Below, piece after piece: positions 22,474 through 31,981 of a stretch of DNA of 64,000 nt. Under the pieces are notes generated by a model that was not told the DNA's origin, did no database searches, and saw only the letters and a program-made list of their open reading frames with translations. How positions within the stretch are numbered: the stretch's first letter is position 1; the number at the start of each line of letters is the position of its first letter. Origin of the DNA: Macrostomum hystrix (Eukaryota > Animalia > Platyhelminthes); the NCBI GenBank assembly GCA_950097015.1, contig CATNEN010000001.1:7006001-7070000 (forward strand), in the 5' to 3' direction. The position numbers and the translations under genes are program-made.

Positions 22474-23201
22474 TGTAAGAACAGAGATTCTGAGAGACGC
22501 GGTACAACAACAGCTATAAGCTGCGTGCCTGTATTTATACTCGTAGGTACGAGCTATATTCACTCATAAGAAGTTTGCCTATGCATTACTTATATAGGCA
22601 ATGCACGTACAGTATCCCGCCCTTATAGAAGTACATAAATTTATTTGCATTACGCATAGTACTTCAGCTAATTCTATACAGCATATTGTGCAGAGATTAT
22701 ATTTTTATACTGATGGAGCATTATGACAGTACATTGGCAATGTGCTAGTACCTAGTTTATATAGTTCCTTTTGTATCGCCAACGGCAGATGTTGAATCAT
22801 TTCTAATTTTATTCTAGCTCAATATATTTATTATACCTAGCTATAAATAGGACTCTCTCACCTGAGTACCTACAAATAGGCATCATATGCTCAGAATAAC
22901 TAGCATAAAGTGCTGTACAATTACAGAATCGCACAATATCTCACATACAGATAAGCGTTAATTTTGTCCAAGCAACTGGTTTGATGGTTTGAAGTGAACG
23001 GTCACTATATAGCCAAAAGAACACAGGCCTGCACTGTACTGTACGCAATTTTTTTCTACAGCTGTACTTAATTGTTTAGTACAGCTGTATATATTATTTA
23101 AAACGAAATCAGAAGCTTTAGTTGCAGTATAAGAAGCAGAGAGCCTATTGAAACATTGCTTGGTCCATAAATATTTTTTCGGTTTTGAGCAGCTGTAAGA
23201 A

Positions 23202-24086
23202 ATGCAGCAGATTTATTCAACAATTGCTGAACCGAAACATCTAGCGGTCTTCTTGAGTTTCTCTTTTAACATTTCTAGCGATGAAGAGATCCAAGAACCA
23301 CAGTTGCAGCAACCTTTTGTTCTGATCTCTTTCGAAAAGGGCATACTTAATTATCTTCTTGCGGTCTCGCTAGACAGAACTCCTGTCATTAGCCGTCAGA
23401 TTCACTGCGACAGCATCGACTGGGACGCCGAGGTGACGGGACTGCACTGGGACTCAAAGCTGCAGCTGGTGTTTATGGCGCAGCCGACCATTGTCACGGC
23501 AATGGACCTCAGCGGTAGAGTGTCGGCGCAGTTCAGCACCAGAAGCTTCGGTGTTGAAGGCCCGTATCATCTGTGCGCCATCGCTGGCGATGCTGACAAC
23601 ATTTTCCTGCTAGATAGAAACGGACCACGACTGCTGGTGCGGAACAAGCGAGCTGCTCTGGAGAATCTCCGAGTCGTCAGTCTGAGCTCGGAGCTGGAGC
23701 CGATGCTGATCGGATCGGATCTCGGCAGTCTGGCTGTCTCCGGAGACAGCATCTTCGTCAGCGACAACAGGACCGGCCGCGTCTTCAAGCTGAGTGGCGG
23801 CTCCGAGGGTCTCATTGCGCACTCTGCATCTCTTGGCGCACCTGAGCTGTGTCAGATCGCTGCCGACAGCAGTGGTCACGTGATTGTGAGCGCATTCGTC
23901 AGCAACTCGGTGACGGTCCTGGAGAGAGACGGGACAGTTCTGCAGACTCTGACAGGAGCTCAGAATGTACCGTTTCACTTTCCGTGCGGCGTTGCAGTTC
24001 TGGAGTCAGCGGAGGGCGGTTCAAGCCTCATCGTCGCTGACTACAACAACAGGCGAGTTGTGAAGATGCCAGTGAACTTTAACTAA
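23202..24086 (+). CDS. NHL-repeat beta-propeller protein B (294 aa, intronless)
   Basis: Same NHL-like motifs plus LIVADYNNRRVVK; core nearly identical to gene A in inverted orientation. Confidence 0.85.
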   Translation: MQQIYSTIAEPKHLAVFLSFSFNISSDEEIQEPQLQQPFVLISFEKGILNYLLAVSLDRTPVISRQIHCDSIDWDAEVTGLHWDSKLQLVFMAQPTIVTAMDLSGRVSAQFSTRSFGVEGPYHLCAIAGDADNIFLLDRNGPRLLVRNKRAALENLRVVSLSSELEPMLIGSDLGSLAVSGDSIFVSDNRTGRVFKLSGGSEGLIAHSASLGAPELCQIAADSSGHVIVSAFVSNSVTVLERDGTVLQTLTGAQNVPFHFPCGVAVLESAEGGSSLIVADYNNRRVVKMPVNFN

Positions 24087-24679
24087 GCTGTTGTGAGGCA
24101 TCTTGTTTGAAGTGTATTTGACTCGATGCAAGGTACCATTTTATGTTTGACTTCGTTTAGTCAATTTTGCCTTTCTGGGTATAAAAGTACTTTATCTTCG
24201 ACTCTTCCTGGCTATGAAATCAATCGTATTAATTAACATTGCAGAATAGCTGTTTCTATCTCATATTTTTGTTTGTGAAATTGATTTGATGTTTAGATTA
24301 TGACAGACGGTTACAGTTCTAGTCGTATACTTCTTGTAATCGATTATATTTTGTAGCATTCTTTATTATAAAAATGCTCTATGCGAATAATTACTCACCA
24401 TTCTTGATTCTTGATTCCAATTCGCACTTCCCAAATGTACTTCCACACATTTTGCACAGGTGTATTATATTCTTTGATTACAAAGTTATTAATCTTGACA
24501 CTTACCTTGACCCTCTATTCTGATTGGCTTATTTCTATACGTACGCATGAGTATCCTGGAACGAAATTCATTCAACACACTGTCGGACTGCTTTAGGTTA
24601 GAAAAAACACGTTTTGAGCTGAGACATCGATTGCCGTTCTTTACCTAGAAAAATTTCTAGTTAAAGAACTTAATTAGCT

Positions 24680-26050
24680 GGGGTTAAGCCTGTGCAATGC
24701 GCCTGTAACATTCCAGCGGCTCATGGACCTGACAATGTGCAGCCCTGAACTGGTCGGAGGTGCTAAGCTACATGAACGACCTGATCCTATTCAGTTCTAC
24801 GTTCGAGTTACGTTCGGACACTGGAGCAAGTCCTGGAGAGGCTGCAGGCGACCGGCCTCAAGTTGAACAAACGCAAGAGCTACTTCTGCTACCAGGAGGT
24901 CGAGCACTTAGGGTACGTCATCTCCGCTGAAGGCATTCGACCAACCGCAGACAAGGTTAGCGCTATCAAGGCCATCCCGACTCCGACATGCGCTGAGGAC
25001 GTGCGCCGATTCGTCGGCATGCTGGGATTCTACCGGCGATTTGTGCCGCAATTTGCCAGCATCGCCAGCCCGCTCCATCAGGCGACGCTGAAGGGGTGCG
25101 AGATGGCCCTGCAGAAGCTGAAGACGGCGCTGTCATCGCCGCCGGTTCTGCGGCTGCCCAACTTCTCTAATTGGAGTTTCAGCTGAGCTGTGACAGCAGC
25201 GGCGTGGCCATCGCCGGTGTCCTGAGCCAGCTTCAAGACGGTGTCGAATGCCCCGATGCCGCCGAGAGCTACTGGCGGTTGTGTGGGCGATGAAGCACTT
25301 TCGTAACTACCTAGCGTCAGCAAGCAACGTCCAAGTCTTCACAGACCGCTAGCCGCTGCAAGGCCTGCTGAATACCATGAAGCCAGAGGATCGTCTAGCC
25401 AGGTGGATCACCGCCCTGCAGGAGATGAATTTCCAGCTGCTCTACAACATAGTCGCAGACGCGCTGAGTCGAGCAGCGGCGACTCGACTGACACCGGCCT
25501 GGTCGGCTGCCGACATCATATAATAATAATTTGACACTAGACCCAAGGGCCAGTGCAGGTGTTGTGTGTCAAGCACACTAGCAGGTGGGGACTGCACACC
25601 TATTGTACTCTCGGCTCTCTCGGACACCGGTTATGACAGCCGCGTGTCAGCAATGGAATTTATTTTTTCCAAACATATCGGCAGCATCCAAACCCCACAG
25701 ATTTGCCGCACAGAACTGCTTTATTCCACGCCAGCCGGAATTAACATTACCCGACGAAATGTCGGTACTCATTTGCAGCTGAGTAGACTGTGTGCACATC
25801 AGGGCAAAGTAGCTTGCCAAGGGCTGCACGAATAGTTCTAGACTAGGTCGGGAGTCGAACCCAGGACCATCTGATCCAGAGTCCGACACCTTACTGACTG
25901 AGCTATCCGCCGACATCAGCAGCACCCACAGAGACGACTCGAGGTGCTAGATGCAGCCCGCAAACTTTTGGGAGGGAGTGATGAAAAATATCGTCTGTGT
26001 ACGCTATGTGCATCGTGCAGCGCGCTGTGGTGCGTGTCGGTGCCACCCAA
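24680..26050 (+). pseudogene. Decayed, internally deleted Gypsy pol fragment with PPT and possible LTR remnant, interrupted by a SINE
   Basis: Frameshifted LCNAPVTFQRLMD, YMNDLILFS, HLGYVISAEGIRP, VRRFVGMLGFYRRFVPQFA, RLARWITALQE, NIVADALSR; PPT-like GGGAGGGAGTGA followed by TG at ~25970-25983. Confidence 0.85.
25519..25908 (-). mobile_element. tRNA-derived CORE-like SINE (second subfamily)
   Basis: Minus-strand head GGATAGCTCAGTCAGTAAGG (box A)...GGGTTCGACTCC (box B); CCCTTGGCAAGCTACTT...CAGCTGCAAATGAGTACC core; (ATT)n tail; direct repeat GCCGACATCA at 25509-25518 and 25909-25918. Confidence 0.88.
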
Positions 26051-26974
26051 AACTTTTAAATATAAACCTGCAGTCAGCCTAGGCTGTCTCTCGTGGGCTC
26101 GCGCCTACCTAAATTAACGCTAGTCCTACAGTTTTCTGTTGCAGTCATGTAGAATTTTTTTTATATCCAGCCTGTTAAAAGGCTGCTGATAATTCTACAT
26201 GGCGAGTGCCTAGACTTCAGCGGTTTTACGAGTATTTTTCCGCTGCTTCCACAAGCTCAACTGGGCCTCTAATACTGGCCTGATAACGAAGACACGCAAG
26301 GTGATAGCTAATAATGCATAATCAACGATAGACTGTATGGAATGGAATATACAGGTATAGACCAAGGACCGACTTAAAGATCTTTGAAAAACTGTTACGA
26401 GTATTAACAAGTGCTGAAAATGCAGACAATGGAGACAATGTCTACAATATTATTTTCCGTCTTCCATTAATGAATTCCTTCATCGTAAGCTCAGTGAGAC
26501 AGAGAGTGAATCGCATATTGTATTATGCTGGTGGGTAGTAGATCCTTCCACGCATGCAAGAAGGGCACTTTAATTTCCAAGAAACACCTACCCGCCTAGA
26601 AGAAAATGTTGTTCGCAGGCCTCGCAGAACTGTGCATTTGTGTTTATCGATTCAAACTAAGAATGCAACAGAATTCTCTGCCATAGGACAGAATAATGCT
26701 CGTATTGTATAAAACGTCTGTACTGAAAAATGTAGCCGACTCATTGTACGGCTTATGATTACGATTCTTTATAAATTTAGAACTGCGCAGTGCGAGGTTA
26801 GAAGACCAATTTTCTCTTTCTAATTGGGCCGAAAATTTCTCGAGAAGTCCTCAGAAATTCCGTACACCAACAGGTAAATAAAGACTTAAAAAATAGTTCA
26901 TACAACCACAAGCTGCTGCATACACTGAAACTAGGAGCACCTCTGTTTGTCGGACTTTAAATCATTGAGCCCAA

Positions 26975-27976
26975 ATGTCTGAGTACATCTTCACAATGCC
27001 AAGGTTTCATTCAAGCAATTCGTCGCGAATTTTCAAAGCCAGACCAAAGCACCTGGCAGTCTGTACCAAAACTTCTGGTTTCGCTGTCGTCGCTTCCAAC
27101 AATCGGGTTATTCGTCAAGGAATTCCAGGCCGCGTCGAATGTTCGCCAATGCCGCAGCCATGCGTTCTGGTGTCCTTCGAGGTGAAAGACTGCGACTGCC
27201 TCCTGGCTGTCTCAATAGACGGAACTCCGAGAAGCCATCAGATTCTATGCGACAGCATCGACTGGACCAAGGACGTGACGGGACTGCACTGCGACTCACA
27301 GCTGCAGCTGGTGTTTGTGGCCCAGCTGGGAACTGTCACGGTGATGGACCTCAGCGGTATTGTTTCTGAGCAGCTGAACGCTGCGAGCTTCGGCTTTGAA
27401 AGCCCTTGCCATCTGTGCGCCATCGCTGGAAACGCTGACAACATTTTCCTACTAGATAGAAACAGCACGCGACTGCTGGTACGGAACAAGCGAGCACCTA
27501 AAAACTACCTGGTTGTGAGTCTGAGCTCTCAGCCGATGCTCATCGGATCAGATCTGGGCAGTCTGGCTGTCTCAGGTGACAGACTCTTCGTCTGCGACAA
27601 CAGGACCGGCCGCGTATTCAAACTGCTCTTCGAGCTGTGCTCAGTGCGAGTTATCCAGCACTCTGCTGAGATCGGCTCTCCGCTGATGTGCCAGATCGCT
27701 GCCGACAGCAGCGGTCACGTGATTGTCAGCGCCTTCGTCAGCAACTCGGTGACGGTGCTGGACAAAGATGGGACAGTTCTGAGAACCCTGACAGGTGACA
27801 AGAACTCGCCCTTTCACTTTCCGTGTGGCGTCTCCGTGCTAGAGTCAGGTGATGGCACCGTCGCACTAGCAGTGTCCGACTTGTGCAACAGCAGAATAGT
27901 AATTCTGACCGATCTCAGCGAGGCTGCGTACTTCATCTCAGATTTCTGCTCAAAGTTCAGCAGTTTCGTTTTCTGA
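26975..27976 (+). CDS. NHL-repeat beta-propeller protein C (333 aa, intronless)
   Basis: Colinear paralogue of A and B (CDSIDW, HLCAIAG, GSDLGSLAVSGD, CQIAADSSGHVIVS, FHFPCGV). Confidence 0.87.
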   Translation: MSEYIFTMPRFHSSNSSRIFKARPKHLAVCTKTSGFAVVASNNRVIRQGIPGRVECSPMPQPCVLVSFEVKDCDCLLAVSIDGTPRSHQILCDSIDWTKDVTGLHCDSQLQLVFVAQLGTVTVMDLSGIVSEQLNAASFGFESPCHLCAIAGNADNIFLLDRNSTRLLVRNKRAPKNYLVVSLSSQPMLIGSDLGSLAVSGDRLFVCDNRTGRVFKLLFELCSVRVIQHSAEIGSPLMCQIAADSSGHVIVSAFVSNSVTVLDKDGTVLRTLTGDKNSPFHFPCGVSVLESGDGTVALAVSDLCNSRIVILTDLSEAAYFISDFCSKFSSFVF

Positions 27977-28195
27977 TTGGCTCTAGACTTTCCGTCATAA
28001 CTCTCTTATTGAAGACAGTATGCTAACTTAGAATTCATAGGTGAATGAGAAGGCACATCCCTATAAGTGGGAATCAGTTCTACAGTACTTAACGGGTAGT
28101 CATTCCAGTAACCATTCACTAAATAACTCTTAGAGCAATAGTTTTACTTTAATAGTTATTCATTTTTACCTTTTATACGCTAAGCGTAATTAATC

Positions 28196-28256
28196 CAAGG
28201 ACCAATAGAAGAAGAAGGACAAGAGTGTGCCGTCCTTCTTCTTCTAGTGGTCCTTG
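28196..28256. repeat. 25-bp near-perfect inverted repeat with 11-nt loop
   Basis: CAAGGACCAATAGAAGAAGAAGGAC / GTCCTTCTTCTTCTAGTGGTCCTTG, 24 of 25 positions pair. Confidence 0.92.
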
Positions 28257-28464
28257 ACCTAATCACCTATGTTTTTTTCACTCACGATGAAATTCTAGAA
28301 TCTTACAGAGATATACTTGTTTTTAAGCCCGTACTCATTTTTTTAAAATAAAAAATAAATATTTATGCATAGAATTACAGTCAAAGTTTTTATGTAACTC
28401 TATAAGAAAATAAGAAACTTCTGGAGTCTTATACATTATTAAGCCTAGGACTGAAAGACTAAAA

Positions 28465-28800
28465 CTAATGGGATAGACAAGGATTACATGGGATAGATGA
28501 GGATTAGATGGGAAAGATTAGGATTAGATGGGATAGATGATGATTAGATGGGAAAGATTAGGATTAGATGGGATAGATGAGGATTATATGGGGTAGATGA
28601 GGATTAGATGGGGTAGATGAGGATTAGATGGGGTAGATGAGGATTAGATGGGGTAGATGAGGATTAGATGGGATAGATGAGGATTAGATGGGATAGATGA
28701 GGATTAGATGGGGTAGATGAGGATTAGATGGGGTAGATGAGGATTAGATGGGAATGTGGATAAGATGAGAATTAGATGAGGATTAGTTGAGGATTAGATT
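28465..28800. repeat. 20-bp minisatellite (GGATTAGATGGGGTAGATGA)
   Basis: Tandem periodicity. Confidence 0.93.
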
Positions 28801-29137
28801 GGATAAATAACAAATCCGTGGGATCGTTAAGTATAATTAAAACAAGCTATGATGTGCTTAATCCCTAATCCAATGTCACGCAGACACGTATCGCTTAGAA
28901 ACGGCACTGACAGTTAGCCAGTTTAACTAGATCACGAAGCAGCCAGTCTGGCCTCGAGAGCCATAGCAACGCGCGACATGCGAACCAGGTGTCGCATCAC
29001 CGGATCAGCAGACTGGGATTCCGGTAACTGTGGGAGATTACAAGGTAATTAAATGCCAAATATCAGTAACTACAGTTTGAATATCTGAATACTGAGGGTT
29101 GGGAGTGCAGATACTGCAAAATAAGTAAAAAAACTGT

Positions 29138-29405
29138 TCAATAATTGTGTACATCTGATCCAATTGGGCCAGATGTGCAGCCGACAGCACAGTCGCAGCT
29201 ATTGCGAGGCGCATCTGAAGGCTGCGTACGGCTGTTCAGTCCATGGACTGTTGTAGGCCATACCCACTCTCAATTATCCCAGCTGGGACAGAATCAATGC
29301 GCAATTGCGTCTCGCCAAAAGACACAATTAATTGTTTCAGTGGACTCAAGAATCGAACCCCCGAACCTCAAGTCGTGGGTCTGACGCTGAAATCACTATG
29401 CTACA
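29138..29405 (-). mobile_element. CORE-type SINE with tRNA head and an internal deletion
   Basis: Minus strand TGTAGCATAGTGA...GGGGTTCGATTC, then AGTCCATGGACTGAACAGCC...CCTTCAGATGCGCC homologous to the copies at 9692 and 39112. Confidence 0.75.
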
Positions 29406-29989
29406 ACCTATTTGCATGAATTATTTAGCTTGGGTAGAAACTCGGGTAAGCGTCATCCCAGTCCACAGACTGAACAGCTGTACATTCTGTTCTTATCATC
29501 CTCATGTTAAAAATTAGAAAATCTAAAACGACTTCGCTAACATCAAATTAGGAAATTGCCAGAAATAATACGATGCTTTTTATACTACTGCTTTAAATTA
29601 CGAGTAGACAGTTGCAAATGTGAAAGCTTTAGAAAAAGCTGATAATACCAAAGAAAGAGAATATATATTTAATATCTGTACGCCTGAATAACTAAAATAA
29701 GCTTTTTTCGCCAAATGGTTATTAGAAAGATTTAGTGGATAAAAACCTTAATCATTATTTTGTAAAAAAACTAAAAAGTATCAAATCGACTTCAAAAATA
29801 AGTCTTTATGATTAACTACTGGTTTCAGTCATACTAATCAATCCATTAGAAAAATCCATTTCTAATTTTCGACAGTCAGTGAAGCTGATAAAAAAATTTA
29901 AAACGAAGATAAAATCTAAAAAAGTGCACAGTTTAAGACGGTTTATCCAAATGGTACACATATTAGTCTTTGTCTACATCTTCCTAGAA

Positions 29990-30690
29990 GGACATTGTCC
30001 ATCTGCATCTATTGGGTCTTTGTCCAGCTGTGTTAAATTGCGTTTGTCCATCTGTCTATTGGGTCTTTGTCCAGCTGTGTTAAATGGCGTTTGTCCATCT
30101 GTGTCTATTGAGTCTTTGTCCAGCTGTATCAAATGGCGTTTGTCCATCTGTGTCTATTGGGTCTTTGTCCAGCTGTATTAAATTGCGTTTGTCCATCTGT
30201 GTCTATTGGGTCTTTGTCCAGCTGTGTTAAATGGCGTTTGTCCATCTGTGTCTATTGAGTCTTTGTCCAGCTGTATTAAATGGCGTTTGTCCATCTGTGT
30301 CTATTGGGTCTTTGTCCAGCTATGTTAAATGGCGTTTTTCCATCTGTGTCGATTGAGTCTTTGCCCAGCTGTATCAAATGGCGTTTGTCCATCTGTGTCT
30401 ATTGGGTCTCTGTCCAGTTGTATTAAATGGCGTTTTTCCATCTATAGCTATTGGGTCTTTGTCCAGCTGTATTAAATGGCGTTTGTCCATCTGTGTCTAT
30501 TGGGTCTTTGTCCAGCTGTATTAAATGGCGTTTTTCCATCTATAGCTATTGGGTCTTTGTCCAGCTGTATTTAATGGCGTTTTTCCATCTGTCTCTATTG
30601 GGTCTTTTTCCAGCTGTAGTAAACGGGTCTTTGTCAATCTGTGTCTAATGGGTATTTGTCTATCTGTATCTCCAATTGGTCTTTGTACAT
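29990..30690. repeat. 49-bp minisatellite
   Basis: TTGTCCATCTGTGTCTATTGGGTCTTTGTCCAGCTGTATTAAATGGCGT units. Confidence 0.93.
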
Positions 30691-31257
30691 CTACTGGAAG
30701 TAAAAATCGTAGTTAAACACGAAAAGTGAAGTTATAAAAAATGTATAAAAATATACTGACAGGAAAACATAACTACACAAGGATACTGATAGTATCAGCA
30801 AGAACAAGACTAAAAATAAAGCAGGTTAGTATTTTAATGTTATAATATAGTGAGCTACAATAGCTGTATTGAAATTTACAAAAAATTTCAGCAAAAGCAA
30901 GTAAAATTTATTAAGCTACAAATAGAATCTTGCACTGGTTAAGGAAAAGGCTATTAAAATATTATAAAGAGTAAAATTCAAAACCGGAACGAAAAAAAAT
31001 AGTATGGCTGTCCCATACAGACTTTGAAAAACCGCCAGGCCATCCTTAAAAAACGAAACTGAACACACAAAATATTGATGTTTCAAAACTTAAATTAAAA
31101 AACTATTTTTTACTGCGGAAAGTTAAATGCAATACTGATAATCTGTTAGCAGAGTTATTAATTAGCTGAATATTTTTTACTGTTTGCTAAATAAAAGTGC
31201 TAATGATTTATCTAAGCTTCAATTCTTGTTAGCTTGAGCTTCAGAATCTGTGACGAC

Positions 31258-31700
31258 ATATGGGGGTGGTGGGTGAGGCTCGGCCGGGAGAGAATGTACA
31301 TTTGAGGGGTGGCGGGTGAGGCTTGGCCGGGAGAGAATGTACATTTGAGGAGTGGCGGGTGAGGCTTGGCCGGGAGAGAATGTACATTTGAGGGGTGGCG
31401 GGTAAGTCTTGGCCGGGAGAAAATGTAGATTTGAGGGGGGGCGGGTGAGGCTCGGTCGGGAGAAAATGTACATTTGGGGGTGGTGGGTGAGGCTCGGCCG
31501 GGAGAGAATGTACATTTGAGGAGTGGCGGGTGAGGCTTGGCCGGGAGAGAATGTACATTTGAGGGGTGGCTGATGAGGCTCGGCCGGGAAAGAATGTACA
31601 TTTGGGGGGTGGCGGTTGAGGCTCGGCCGGGAGAGAATGTACATTTGGGGTTGACGGGTGAGGCTCGGTCGGGAGAGACTGTAAATATGGGGTGGGGTTA
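31258..31700. repeat. 43-bp G-rich minisatellite
   Basis: TACATTTGAGGGGTGGCGGGTGAGGCTTGGCCGGGAGAGAATG units. Confidence 0.93.
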
Positions 31701-31981
31701 AGGTTTGCCCAGAGATTGCACAGCAAGTTTGCATATTACATTGATAAAAAATCTGCTAAATAATATGCACAGGTCAGTACATAGACCAGCACAGAACATT
31801 GGGTCGCTAATAATTATCAATCAAAATATAAAGACTCGAAAATCACTCGGAAAATTTTCCTTTTGTGTTGAAAGATTAGAAAGTGAGTTATTTTCTAACA
31901 AATTAAGGATGGAATGATATGCAAAAAACAAAAAGAGCTTAATAAAAAAACAACGCATAGCAGTTTATGATTTTCTTAGAC

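Noticed and set aside
25840-25911. tRNA-like sequence on the minus strand
   Set aside because: Continues into a CORE-like body and tail with a TSD, so it is a SINE head rather than a tRNA gene
26064-26228. Loose palindrome (CATGTAGAATT...AATTCTACATG)
   Set aside because: Too degenerate to call; no TSD; may be a decayed MITE
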